Source: Flavobacteriales bacterium (lineage in GTDB: Bacteria > Bacteroidota > Bacteroidia > Palsa-965). From it: DNA of 64,000 bases. The notes below the pieces were generated by a model. That model had not been told where the DNA came from and ran no database searches. It saw nothing but the letters and a program-made list of their open reading frames with translations. Below are positions 28,339 through 37,827 of the stretch, piece after piece; within the stretch, counting starts at the first letter, position 1, and every line of letters begins with the position of its first letter. The stretch covers positions 53,414-117,413 of the forward strand of contig JBEIPA010000016.1 of the NCBI GenBank assembly GCA_040377305.1. The letters are read 5' to 3'. The translations under genes were made by a program, and so were the position numbers.

Positions 28339-29037
28339 ATGAAACACGTGATTGTACTGTGCCTCTCGGTACTGTTGCATTTTTCCATTTCAGGACAGAA
28401 TGTAGCCTTGACACAGTTCAAAGATTCCATTGTACCCAAGACAGGCAAAGGCGATTTATACGACATCAATAAATCACCGAACAGATTTATCGTTTCAGCA
28501 CGACGGGACTCTTTCCGCGTTTCAATGAGTGGGAATATAGACACGACCCGTTGTCAATTAATGATTCCGCAAGGTCTGCTCGAAGGTCATACATTAGGTT
28601 CTGCAGGTGGATACTTACTTCGTTTTTCGAATGCAGAGAATGCACGACCTGATACAATTTTTGATCGCCCGGTTCGACATGTTGTTGGCGCGCATCGTAC
28701 TGTTTACTTCACCAGCAGCGTTTGGAATCCGGCTCAACGTTACGGTCACCTTTACATTCTTGATACGGTAAAGTCTGCGTTCAAAGCTAAACTGGTTGCT
28801 GAATTCGATTACCCGATCCGCCAACTCTGTACCGTTCACGATTCTCTTTATCTCATCACCGGCGGAAAACTGTACCGCTTCCAGTTTGGCAGATCTGTCT
28901 ACGTTGCCGATGTTCCCTTCACGTGCAATTCGATGGCCGGCCATGGGCGCTACATGTATTTCGGAATGAACGGCGCCTATGCCCGACTCGATCTCAAAAC
29001 CAATCGATACCGGTATTTTGTATACGTTGGGAAATAA
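28339..29037 (+). CDS. Hypothetical exported protein
   Basis: Signal peptide-like N-terminus, beta-rich, co-oriented between rbfA and the permease. Confidence 0.65.
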   Translation: MKHVIVLCLSVLLHFSISGQNVALTQFKDSIVPKTGKGDLYDINKSPNRFIVSARRDSFRVSMSGNIDTTRCQLMIPQGLLEGHTLGSAGGYLLRFSNAENARPDTIFDRPVRHVVGAHRTVYFTSSVWNPAQRYGHLYILDTVKSAFKAKLVAEFDYPIRQLCTVHDSLYLITGGKLYRFQFGRSVYVADVPFTCNSMAGHGRYMYFGMNGAYARLDLKTNRYRYFVYVGK

Positions 29038-29066
29038 CCAATCCGTATAATGAATATCTTTCCATT

Positions 29067-30296
29067 GTGAACCTCCCGTTTTTCGTTGCCCGACGTTATC
29101 TGTTTTCGAAAAAGTCTTCGAATGCAGTGAACATTGTTACGCGAATTTCCCTTGCATGCGTGTGCGTGGTGACAGCTGCACTGGTGATCATTCTTTCTGC
29201 AATGAATGGATTATCGGGCTTAGTGGAATCATTGTACAATTGTTTTCACAGCGACATTCGCATCACCGCAGAAAAAGGAAAAACGATTGTCATTGATTCA
29301 GCGACAACACTTGAACTTCAGAAAATACCCGGAGTAATTTGGTGCCACGAAATTGTGGATGAGCAGGGAATTGCAGAAGCGCATGAGAAACAACGGTTCG
29401 TGACATTGCGCGGGGTTGAAGACGAGTACGTGACAAATACACGTTTTGACACGACGGTGAAGTTGGGCGAGTTTGATTTGCATCCGAATGGAATGACAGG
29501 CGCAGTGGCCGGACAGGAAATCGGAAATATGCTTGAGCTTGGAATGCAAACCGAATTGCGGGTGTTTGTCCCGAAGCGGGATCAGAATCTCACTTTCGAC
29601 ATTAACGATCCCAGTGCAGAAGTCTTTAACGAAAAACTCACGTTTGTAAGCGGACTTTATTTCGTAAGCAGCGACTTCGACAATAAATATATTTTTCTGC
29701 CGATAGAAACTGTACGTGAACTATTGGGCTACACCAATGAATGTACTTCGGTTGAGTTAGGAATAGCGCCCGGTGTAAACTCAGACGAAGTGCAGGTAGC
29801 AGTCGCGGATATTCTTGGGGCTGGATATAAAGTGGAAACGCGGTACCAGCAGAATGAAGTGCTTTACAAAACTCTGAAGTCGGAAAAGATGTGGACGTTT
29901 CTTATTCTGATTTTCGTTTTGGTGATTGCGACCTTCAACACCATTGGTTCATTGACTCTTCTGATTATCGAGAAGAAAAAAGACATTGGTGTTTTGTGGA
30001 GCATGGGTGCCGGCAGAACAATTATTCGCAGGATTTTCTTTACCGAAGGATTACTGATTTCGCTGGCGGGAACAATCAGCGGAATTGCATTGGGCTTGTT
30101 AGTGTGCGTCTTGCAGCAACAGTTTGGTCTGATTCGTTTCGGTGAGGGATTTGTGGTGGATTATTATCCGGTTGAAATTAACTTAAGCGATCTGACGAAT
30201 ATATTAATCGCGGTTACGGCTATTGGATTGCTGGCAGCGTGGTATCCAGTGAATGTTTATACGCGAAAATATCAGCATATCAAATTTAACGGCTAG
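29067..30296 (+). CDS. LolC/E-like (FtsX/MacB family) ABC transporter permease
   Basis: GTG start; ARRYLFSKKS.NAVNI, IATFN.IGSL..LIIEKKKDI..L.SMGA. Confidence 0.9.
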   Translation: MNLPFFVARRYLFSKKSSNAVNIVTRISLACVCVVTAALVIILSAMNGLSGLVESLYNCFHSDIRITAEKGKTIVIDSATTLELQKIPGVIWCHEIVDEQGIAEAHEKQRFVTLRGVEDEYVTNTRFDTTVKLGEFDLHPNGMTGAVAGQEIGNMLELGMQTELRVFVPKRDQNLTFDINDPSAEVFNEKLTFVSGLYFVSSDFDNKYIFLPIETVRELLGYTNECTSVELGIAPGVNSDEVQVAVADILGAGYKVETRYQQNEVLYKTLKSEKMWTFLILIFVLVIATFNTIGSLTLLIIEKKKDIGVLWSMGAGRTIIRRIFFTEGLLISLAGTISGIALGLLVCVLQQQFGLIRFGEGFVVDYYPVEINLSDLTNILIAVTAIGLLAAWYPVNVYTRKYQHIKFNG

Positions 30297-30429
30297 CCAG
30301 CCTGCAGTCGGACAGTCTGCAGTCATCAACGACGGTTCATCTTCTAAATTCGAGTCTTTGTCTGAATTAATACTGGCGTAATGCAATGCCAATATTGCAC
30401 AGGTACGTTTGTGCTGTAAATATTACTTC

Positions 30430-31302
30430 ATGAACAAGGCGCTAACCTTAAATGAATCTGACTTTCAACATGTGGAAACACAGAAAATCAGAGAAGACAA
30501 CATTCTCATTTTTCGTCACTACATCGATGGACAGAACAGGCTCAATGAAATTTCGGAGAGTATTCGTTACGCCAAGAATCTGCAGTCGGCTTTGTTTGTA
30601 CGGGAACAAAATTTCAAAGATATTTTTCCGGATAGCTTCTATTTCAGCTGTCCTAAAGAAGAACTCACGGGTGACTTCGCCTGGGTGACCAAAGTGGGAT
30701 CGCGAACGATTGTGGCGGTTGCAGATTGTACGGGACATGGCATTCCTGGAGCCATGATGTCGATTCTCGGATTGAGTCTGCTGAATCAGGTTGTGCTGGA
30801 GGAACGGTGTTACGAACCTTCCATCATACTCAGACGCGTTGACATGAAAATGCAAACGACATTCAAAACCAATTCGGATTCCAGAAGTGGCTTTGATGGT
30901 ATGGACATTGCTGTTTGCTGCATTGATTCACTCCGGCAGGAAATTACTTTCGCAGGTGCAATGCGTCCGTTGTGGTTTGTTCCCGGGAATGAGATCCAAT
31001 CGCTTGCTGCAGCGCGTTATCCGATTGGCGGGATGCGCATGGAGAATCAACGATTGTTTCCGCAAACGACTTTCAGTTACTCGTCGGGTGATATGATTTA
31101 CATGTTCACTGATGGATATACGGATCAATTCGGAGGCGCGAATAATCAGAAGATCAGACGTGGACGACTGCGTGTGTTGATTCAACTGATACGCACGTAC
31201 ACTGCGAAGCAGCAGAAAGAACAGCTTCTGGAATTCTTTCACGTTTGGAAGGCCCACAATGCACAGACAGATGATGCGACTTTTGTAGGGATACGGTTGT
31301 GA
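30430..31302 (+). CDS. SpoIIE/PP2C family protein phosphatase
   Basis: SIRYA..LQ, GDFAW, VADCTGHGIPGAMMS, DGMDI, FTDGYTDQFGG, QTDD. Confidence 0.92.
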   Translation: MNKALTLNESDFQHVETQKIREDNILIFRHYIDGQNRLNEISESIRYAKNLQSALFVREQNFKDIFPDSFYFSCPKEELTGDFAWVTKVGSRTIVAVADCTGHGIPGAMMSILGLSLLNQVVLEERCYEPSIILRRVDMKMQTTFKTNSDSRSGFDGMDIAVCCIDSLRQEITFAGAMRPLWFVPGNEIQSLAAARYPIGGMRMENQRLFPQTTFSYSSGDMIYMFTDGYTDQFGGANNQKIRRGRLRVLIQLIRTYTAKQQKEQLLEFFHVWKAHNAQTDDATFVGIRL

Positions 31303-31367
31303 GAACTGAGATCGGGGCTGTTGTGAGTCCTCAATTTACATGGTCAATAAACCGCAAAGGAATATGC

Positions 31368-31392
31368 CGCAGATTCGCAGATTGCGCAGATT
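31368..31392. repeat. (CGCAGATT)x3 short tandem repeat
   Basis: CGCAGATT CGCAGATT G CGCAGATT in a convergent intergenic region. Confidence 0.7.
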
Positions 31393-31396
31393 AATA

Positions 31397-33226
31397 TTAT
31401 TGCGAAACAATCTTCTCGGTAAACAGCACTGATCCATCTTCGCATTCGCCACGAACAAGATAGGAGCCCGGAGCGAGTCCTGCCGTGTTGAACGAGAGGA
31501 TGTGTTTTCCTGCGCGGAAATTATCTTCGATCAGCACTTCGCACAAACGTCCTTGCATATCGTACACTGCGAAACGAATGTGTTTCACGGTTGGAATCGC
31601 GAATGTGATGTTGATGTTATCAGCGAATGGATTCGGGAATACGGAGTGATCTGCAACCGGAGTTGATTCAGAAACTCCCACATCAGACGATCGTCCGATT
31701 TCAGAAACCCAGGTTGCGTGCGTTCCATTTGATTGACCGAAGTATCCGTTTACCCAGCAGGTTCCGCCTGCATCGTAACGACGTTGAATGCCGGTGTAAT
31801 CTCCCCATCGTTCGTCGCCGGAGATTAAGCTAACTGGTCCGTTGCCTGCTTTCACCTGCAAACGACTCGACATGTCTCCTGTAGCATCAACTACCATCAC
31901 TGAGAAACCAGGATTGACAGTTGCGCTGGCGTGTAGAAACTGGATCATTGCCGTGTTGTCTGTGCCGTCGTAACCACACCATGCAATGTTAGGATACCCG
32001 TAATGGAGCGCCGTATCGGAATAAATAAACGCAGCGAGCGTGGGTGATGACGAAGGATTTTGAATAACACCGTGGTATATTCCGTCGTTACCGGTTGCAG
32101 TATCGAGCGTTGCGCACACAAATTGAATCATGTTGTTCTCCATGAACGCGCCAAGAATCCGGGCATCATTTGTTTGAAGCATTCCTCCTGTTCCGGGTTG
32201 ATCAGCAGGAATTGGTGCCCAATATGAAATGTTGCTCTCAAGCATTACAACTGAAACAGATTGCGTTGGAGAATTCGCAGTGTCGCTGATATGCACCAGG
32301 AAAATGGTGTCGTTGGATGCGTCAAGGTTTCTGTCAGAAACGAAATACATTCCTGGGCTAGTTGTAGGCAATGCACCTGCTTCAACCGGACATAAATTGC
32401 GAACCGGACGACCATTGGTGTTGATGCCTGAATGCAGTTCTGTTCGAATTGAATCGCCATTGTAACCGTCTGTTTTGTTGAGCTGCCAAACTACTGTTTC
32501 AACAAATCCGGTTTGCCAGGGTTGATTATCGTGCAACAAGTTTGCGGTGATGAAAAGCTCGTTGTTGTTGACTGCAATCATCGGGTAGTCTGTCCACAAG
32601 GAATCGCTGAACGGATTTCCCGGCAAGTCGTACAAATGCCAGGTTCCGTTAATAGAATCGGAATTCGAGAAGCCAACAAGAATGTGTGTGTTGTTTGAGA
32701 GATAGCCTGCGAGACAAACGAGGATGAACCGGTTTGCCTGTGGATCGTAAATAACTTTTGGGTCATACTTCCCTGCAGTTACTCCGAGACCACTGAAGAA
32801 AACAGAGAGCGACTGCAGACCAAGATTTGTACTTGTGTTTGTGTTGTAACGATACACATTACTGTTCTGCACAGAGAGAAGCTGTCCGTTGTTTCCGATT
32901 GCAACTTCGTTATCTGTTGGTGTTCCGTTGTTGAAGCCATTTGCCTGAAACGCCTGTCCGATAGTTGGCGTTGGTAATGTAGCAACACGCGGTTGCGAAT
33001 TTCCTTCGCGGTTTGCATAGATATTCGCGAGGCTGTCCTTTGTCCGCAGAAAACCTGTAGAGCTTTGCGCGGGACGTTCAATACAACGCACAACAACATT
33101 CGGGTCGGGGCGTTCAACACCATCGTTTACACCGGTACACGGAATAACAAAAGAAGTGCGTGCAGGATGCTGAGCGAATACAACCACAGATGTGACGAGG
33201 CTGATTGCGAGTAGAGCTTTTCTCAT
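31397..33226 (-). CDS. T9SS type-A CTD protein with uncharacterised propeller-like domain
   Basis: Signal peptide; YDPKVIYD, DYP and RWGDY motifs; VFPNPF...VYDMQGR...GSYLV...KIV CTD. Confidence 0.85.
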   Translation of the reverse strand: MRKALLAISLVTSVVVFAQHPARTSFVIPCTGVNDGVERPDPNVVVRCIERPAQSSTGFLRTKDSLANIYANREGNSQPRVATLPTPTIGQAFQANGFNNGTPTDNEVAIGNNGQLLSVQNSNVYRYNTNTSTNLGLQSLSVFFSGLGVTAGKYDPKVIYDPQANRFILVCLAGYLSNNTHILVGFSNSDSINGTWHLYDLPGNPFSDSLWTDYPMIAVNNNELFITANLLHDNQPWQTGFVETVVWQLNKTDGYNGDSIRTELHSGINTNGRPVRNLCPVEAGALPTTSPGMYFVSDRNLDASNDTIFLVHISDTANSPTQSVSVVMLESNISYWAPIPADQPGTGGMLQTNDARILGAFMENNMIQFVCATLDTATGNDGIYHGVIQNPSSSPTLAAFIYSDTALHYGYPNIAWCGYDGTDNTAMIQFLHASATVNPGFSVMVVDATGDMSSRLQVKAGNGPVSLISGDERWGDYTGIQRRYDAGGTCWVNGYFGQSNGTHATWVSEIGRSSDVGVSESTPVADHSVFPNPFADNINITFAIPTVKHIRFAVYDMQGRLCEVLIEDNFRAGKHILSFNTAGLAPGSYLVRGECEDGSVLFTEKIVSQ

Positions 33227-33235
33227 TGGAACAAG

Positions 33236-34213
33236 TTACGAAATTGGAACAGCATCGTCGAACGCCGACACCGAAATTTCATTCATGCATTTAAAATGGC
33301 CAAGCGGACACTCCGTATAGCCTAATTTAGAACAAGGTCGGCAACGCAATCCTTTTACTTCGATGATGCGCGAGCCTTCTCCGGGCAGATAGGGATACAT
33401 TCCAAAATCAGGAACTGTATTTCCCCACACGGAGTAAATTTTCTTTTTGAATGCGGAAGCGATGTGCATCAATCCGGTGTCGTGAGAGACAACCAGATCC
33501 GCTTGTTGTACCAGTGATGCTGACTGATCAAGATTGTATTTCCCACATACATTGTATACCAGTGATCCGCATTCGGCGGCGATGCGTTCTCCTTTTTCAA
33601 TTTCGTCTTTGCCGCCGAGAAGCACTACCGGTTTATTCAGGTGGCGAATTACACCAACCATTAAATCGTGGGGCATCTCTTTTGTAGCAAACTTAGCACC
33701 GGCTGTTATTGCGATGTACTCCCCGCGGTGGCTCACCGGAAAGTTGGTGCGGTCTACCATGTTGCTTCCCAAAATAAAATAATCGAGACCTTTACCGTCG
33801 TTCTTGACTCCCAAAGGTTTTACCGCTTCGAAGTAACGATCGACAATATGTTTATCGGGCATGCGATTAATCCCCAGCTTGACGTAAAGGAATTTCTCGA
33901 TGTTCAGTTTTGGAAACGATGCAGAAGGTGCGTTGCAAATTCTTTTCACCTGTGAAGAACGCAGGTTGTGATGGAGGTCGGCAACAAAGTCGAACTTAAT
34001 TGCTTTCAGTTCAGCTTCTGCCTCACTCACTTTGGATTTGATGGTAATGACTTTGTGAACGTGCGGATTACTTGTGTAGATGCCTGCGAATACATCTTTT
34101 GTAATGACATAAATTTCTGCGTCAAGTTGGTTGTGCAAACAACGAATGACCGGGCTGGTGAGCACGATATCGCCGATTGAACTGAAACGAATGACGAGAA
34201 CTTTTTTACGCAT
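33236..34213 (-). CDS. Glycosyltransferase family 9 (LPS heptosyltransferase-like)
   Basis: VIRFSSIGDIVLT, DLHHNLRS, HDTGLMHIASAF, CRPCSK.G...CP.GHFKCM. Confidence 0.93.
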   Translation of the reverse strand: MRKKVLVIRFSSIGDIVLTSPVIRCLHNQLDAEIYVITKDVFAGIYTSNPHVHKVITIKSKVSEAEAELKAIKFDFVADLHHNLRSSQVKRICNAPSASFPKLNIEKFLYVKLGINRMPDKHIVDRYFEAVKPLGVKNDGKGLDYFILGSNMVDRTNFPVSHRGEYIAITAGAKFATKEMPHDLMVGVIRHLNKPVVLLGGKDEIEKGERIAAECGSLVYNVCGKYNLDQSASLVQQADLVVSHDTGLMHIASAFKKKIYSVWGNTVPDFGMYPYLPGEGSRIIEVKGLRCRPCSKLGYTECPLGHFKCMNEISVSAFDDAVPIS

Positions 34214-34237
34214 CACACAAATTTACAGTTTACGACA

Positions 34238-34274
34238 ATAAAAAAGGCGCTCAAGCCTGTGAAGGTGAGCGCCT
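34238..34274 (-). terminator. Intrinsic terminator
   Basis: AGGCGCTCA/TGAGCGCCT stem followed by a T tract on the minus strand. Confidence 0.7.
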
Positions 34275-34291
34275 CAATATTTGATCGCAGA

Positions 34292-34729
34292 TTATTTTGC
34301 TTTCAAGTGGTACTCGTGTACTGTAGAACCACCTTTGTCTTTCATCCAGAACTCTTTGTTCTTCAGACGAACGATCACTGAAGTATCAGGATCAGAACCA
34401 GACTGGTTAGACAAAGTCTTGATTTCTTCTTTGTCTGTGATGAATTCCCAAGTACCAGCATCGTTAATTGTTCCGATGATAGTAGTTACAGAAATTGAAT
34501 ACGTTCCGTCTTTCTCGTAAACGTAAGTTTCAGAAGTTACACCCTGACGGTAGTCAGAAGTTTTGTCAACTCCGTTTTCCCAGTATGATTCAACTTCCCA
34601 AGTGCCTGCAACACGCATTTTCTTAGTAAGTAAAGTCAAAGCTGGACCTTCTTCATACTTCTTGCAAGAAGTAAGACAGATACCGCCGATCATTAGGGCA
34701 GCAACTGAAAGCAATGCAATTTTTTTCAT
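34292..34729 (-). CDS. Lipocalin-like lipoprotein
   Basis: Lipobox LTSC, KKYEEGP, G.W motifs (AGTWEV, AGTWEF). Confidence 0.8.
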   Translation of the reverse strand: MKKIALLSVAALMIGGICLTSCKKYEEGPALTLLTKKMRVAGTWEVESYWENGVDKTSDYRQGVTSETYVYEKDGTYSISVTTIIGTINDAGTWEFITDKEEIKTLSNQSGSDPDTSVIVRLKNKEFWMKDKGGSTVHEYHLKAK

Positions 34730-34877
34730 GTTTAGTTTTCTCAATGGGTTAACTCTGTTTGTGCTTCCCTTAGAAGCGGGTCAAAGGTAGTGAAAGGGAG
34801 CACAGGAAAAACCGTGATTTTTGATCGAAAATCAGTTGAATTTGACTGAAAACCCGCTTGGGATCGTAAATTCGCGC

Positions 34878-35648
34878 ATGGTTCTAACCGACACGCACGC
34901 ACACCTTTATTCTACCAAGTTTACGGGCGACAGTGATGCGATGATTTCACGCTGTTTTGAAGCTGGCGTTACTCGCGTTTTTTTACCGGCCATTGACTCT
35001 TCGACCCACGATGCGCAGGATGAAGTGCAGGCGAAGTATTCCGACAAACTATTTTCAATGATGGGTTTGCATCCATGTTCAGTAGAACCTGGTTCAATTG
35101 AAAATGAATTGGCGGCGATCCGTAAACGATTAGATTCCGGTAAATATGTTGCAGTCGGAGAAATCGGAATTGACTTGTACTGGGATAAGACCCATTTGAA
35201 ATTGCAGCAGGAATCTTTTGCAAAGCATATCGATTGGGCACTGGAGATGGATTTACCCATTTGCATTCACTCGAGAAGTGCGTTCAACGAGTGTTTTGAA
35301 ATTGTGCAGGCTAAACAGAACGGCAAGTTGCGTGGTGTGTTTCATTGTTTCTCCGACGGAATTTCCGAAGCGCAAAAGGTGATTGATGTTGGCTTTTATA
35401 TGGGAATTGGCGGAGTTGTGACTTTTAAAAATTCCGGTCTTGACAAAGTGGTTGAAGCATTTTCACTCGAGCATATTGTGTTGGAAACCGATGCGCCTTA
35501 CCTTGCACCTGTTCCTCATCGCGGGCAGAGAAATGAAAGCAGTTATCTGGCCCATGTGGCGCAGAAGATAGCCGATGTGAAAAAGATAGCGATTGAAGAA
35601 GTTGCAGCCATTACTACAGAGAATTCCAAGAAACTATTCCGCATTTAA
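34878..35648 (+). CDS. tatD: TatD family hydrolase
   Basis: DTHAHLY, GLHP, VGEIGIDLYW, IHSR, GVFHCF, LETDAPYLAP. Confidence 0.95.
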   Translation: MVLTDTHAHLYSTKFTGDSDAMISRCFEAGVTRVFLPAIDSSTHDAQDEVQAKYSDKLFSMMGLHPCSVEPGSIENELAAIRKRLDSGKYVAVGEIGIDLYWDKTHLKLQQESFAKHIDWALEMDLPICIHSRSAFNECFEIVQAKQNGKLRGVFHCFSDGISEAQKVIDVGFYMGIGGVVTFKNSGLDKVVEAFSLEHIVLETDAPYLAPVPHRGQRNESSYLAHVAQKIADVKKIAIEEVAAITTENSKKLFRI

Positions 35649-35649
35649 T

Positions 35650-36672
35650 ATGGCAAAGCGTCCGAACATTCTACTCATTTATACTGGCGGCACTATCGGT
35701 ATGATCCGCGATGTAAAATCAGGTCAGCTGAAGCCCTTCAACTTTGCGCGCTTGCTGGATGAAATTCCGGAACTGTCGAAATTCAACGTAGACATTCACA
35801 CATACAGTTTTGCCGAGCCCATTGATTCGTCGGATATGCAACCGGAAATCTGGGTGGAACTTGCAGAACTGATCGGCAAGAATTACAACAAGCACGACGG
35901 TTTTGTAATTCTCCACGGTTCGGATACAATGGCGCATACAGCATCGGCGTTAAGTTTCATGCTCGAGAATTTGTCAAAGCCGGTTGTATTAACCGGATCC
36001 CAGTTGCCGATCGGAACAATCCGTACTGACGGAAAAGAAAACCTGATTACGGCCATTGAAATTGCATCGGCACAGAAAAAAGGAAAAGCAATCGTTCCGG
36101 AAGTCTGCATTTATTTTGAATACAGCCTGTATCGCGGTAATCGTTCGAACAAATTCAATGCAGAACATTTCCGTGCGTTTCAATCGGCGAATTATCCGTT
36201 GCTCGCTGAAGCAGGTGTGAGCATCAACTACAACACAGCACACATTGCTCCTTCGGCTAAAGGGAAACTAAAAGTTCACACCAAACTCGATCGTAACGTG
36301 GCGGTGCTGAAAATGTTCCCGGGAATTACGCCTGAGGTTGTGAATGCAATTTTGTTTGCAGACAAAGTGAAAGCAATTGTTCTTGAAACGTACGGATCGG
36401 GCAATGTCACAACGCAAAAGTGGTTTATTGATTCGCTCGCGGTAGCTATAAAGAAAGGACGAATCATATTGAACGTTACACAATGTGCAGCAGGAAGAGT
36501 TGAGCAGGGCCGTTATCAAACGAGTGCGCAGCTTGATAAAATAGGCGTTGTGGGCGGTGCAGATATGACAACGGAAGCTGCGGTGATTAAGCTCATGTTT
36601 TTGTTGGGACAAAAGTCTAAGAATATGAAGAAGGAACTTGCACGTTCGTTGCGTGGGGAATTAACAACATAA
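35650..36672 (+). CDS. ansA: L-asparaginase type I
   Basis: IYTGGTIGM, IDSS, HGSDTMA, LTGSQLP. Confidence 0.94.
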   Translation: MAKRPNILLIYTGGTIGMIRDVKSGQLKPFNFARLLDEIPELSKFNVDIHTYSFAEPIDSSDMQPEIWVELAELIGKNYNKHDGFVILHGSDTMAHTASALSFMLENLSKPVVLTGSQLPIGTIRTDGKENLITAIEIASAQKKGKAIVPEVCIYFEYSLYRGNRSNKFNAEHFRAFQSANYPLLAEAGVSINYNTAHIAPSAKGKLKVHTKLDRNVAVLKMFPGITPEVVNAILFADKVKAIVLETYGSGNVTTQKWFIDSLAVAIKKGRIILNVTQCAAGRVEQGRYQTSAQLDKIGVVGGADMTTEAAVIKLMFLLGQKSKNMKKELARSLRGELTT

Positions 36673-36675
36673 TGA

Positions 36676-37068
36676 ATGGGGCAGATAACAGAACATCACG
36701 CGACCGTGCGTATGGATTATGATGGAGAAGGAATTCTTGTTGCGACGATTAACGACGATATCGAGCTTACCCTTCAGGATATTTTGGATCACCGGGAAAT
36801 CGCAGCACGGCTTACCAGGAATGAACCGCATTGCGTATTAGCGATTGCAGGAGAACGTACACAAGCAACTCAGGAAGCACGGGAATATGCTGCGAACAAT
36901 GTCCCGATTGGACGAATTGCGGAAGCAGTTGTCATCAAATCACTCACGGTTCGTATTCTCGGAAATTTTTACTTGCAGTTTCACAAGCCCGGCGTACCTA
37001 CCAAAATGTTTGATGATCGGTATGAGGCTATGACCTGGCTGAAGTTGCAATTGAAGCGGGTATCCTGA
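36676..37068 (+). CDS. Small STAS/SEC14-like hypothetical protein
   Basis: EAREY...AEAVVIKSL..RILGNFYL...P..PTKMF....A..WL pattern common in Bacteroidota. Confidence 0.7.
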   Translation: MGQITEHHATVRMDYDGEGILVATINDDIELTLQDILDHREIAARLTRNEPHCVLAIAGERTQATQEAREYAANNVPIGRIAEAVVIKSLTVRILGNFYLQFHKPGVPTKMFDDRYEAMTWLKLQLKRVS

Positions 37069-37073
37069 AATAA

Positions 37074-37312
37074 TGTTAATTGTCATCCCTCGGTACATCG
37101 ATATTTTCAACTGCTCTGCAGAAATGGGAGACTACTCGGTTTGACAAATCACAAACAAAAAGCCTCCGGTTAAGGAGGCTTGTGTTACGTGTTAATTGTC
37201 ACTCCTCGGTACGTCTATATTTTGAACGAGCTGCTCCGCAGAAATTTCAGACTACTCGGCCTGACAAATCACAAAAAAAGCCTCCGGTTAAGGAGGCTTG
37301 TGTTACGTGTTA
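37074..37312. repeat. Two diverged tandem copies of a ~117-bp structured unit
   Basis: Units 37074-37189 and 37190-37307: TTGTCA..CCTCGGTAC...AGACTACTCGG..TGACAA plus identical AAGCCTCCGGTTAAGGAGGCTT hairpin. Confidence 0.9.
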
Positions 37313-37499
37313 AATAGAACAGCAATTTTCAGTTTTCACTTCTGTTGTTGTTCAAATAACAGATAACTCTGTTTAAAGACATTCGAAATGTGTGCCAAAA
37401 TCACAACTCTTCGCTTACAGGCAGTTCCTGAAGTTTTGAATTGAGAATCCGTAGCGAGGAATACACAAATCGGGAAGTCATATCCCTTCGTAAAAGTTC

Positions 37500-37507
37500 T
37501 ATATTTG
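37500..37507 (+). promoter_or_regulatory. -7 promoter box TATATTTG for tRNA-Ser
   Basis: Consensus match 13 nt before the tRNA 5' end. Confidence 0.7.
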
Positions 37508-37520
37508 CGTCCCTCAATCA

Positions 37521-37607
37521 GGAGACGTGTCCGAGTGGTTGAAGGAGCACGCCTGGAAAGTGTGTATACGGGAAACCGTATCATGAGTTCGAATCTCATC
37601 GTCTCCG
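37521..37607 (+). tRNA. tRNA-Ser (anticodon GGA), CCA not encoded
   Basis: Acceptor GGAGACG/CGTCTCC, anticodon arm CACGC-CTGGAAA-GTGTG, long variable arm, T arm ATGAG-TTCGAAT-CTCAT, G discriminator. Confidence 0.97.
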
Positions 37608-37626
37608 CAAATGAATCAGTAAACGC

Positions 37627-37652
37627 GCCCCGCTTTTTTAGCGGGGCTTTTT
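37627..37652 (+). terminator. Intrinsic terminator of tRNA-Ser
   Basis: GCCCCGCT/AGCGGGGC stem plus TTTTT. Confidence 0.85.
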
Positions 37653-37765
37653 ATTTTTCGGACAAACGCATCGATCGTGCCCGAAAGCGGTTGGGCGGAA
37701 AGTAAAAAATAGCGCAGCGGGCGTTTAACGGATCCTCAACGTGGGAGTACAGAGATCACGGAAGT

Positions 37766-37783
37766 AATCTCATCGTCTCCGCA
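37766..37783 (+). repeat. 18-bp direct repeat of the tRNA-Ser 3' end (att-like)
   Basis: AATCTCATCGTCTCCGCA is identical to 37592-37609. Confidence 0.9.
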
Positions 37784-37791
37784 GAAACAGG

Positions 37792-37823
37792 AAGCCCAGC
37801 TGTATTAGCCGGGCTTTGTTTTT
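37792..37823. terminator. Terminator-like hairpin after the tRNA-end repeat
   Basis: AAGCCCAGCT/AGCCGGGCTT stem followed by TGTTTTT. Confidence 0.6.
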
Positions 37824-37827
37824 ATAA

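Noticed and set aside
28923-29066. Extended N-terminus of the LolC/E-like permease
   Set aside because: Overlaps the preceding gene; the conserved start is GTG 29067
37074-37312. Possible CRISPR array
   Set aside because: Only two units, the variable middles are homologous to each other rather than unique spacers, the units are too long, and there are no cas genes
37080-37705. ORFs 37080-37313, 37336-37599 and 37505-37705
   Set aside because: They are translations of the tandem repeat or overlap tRNA-Ser; no protein-like features
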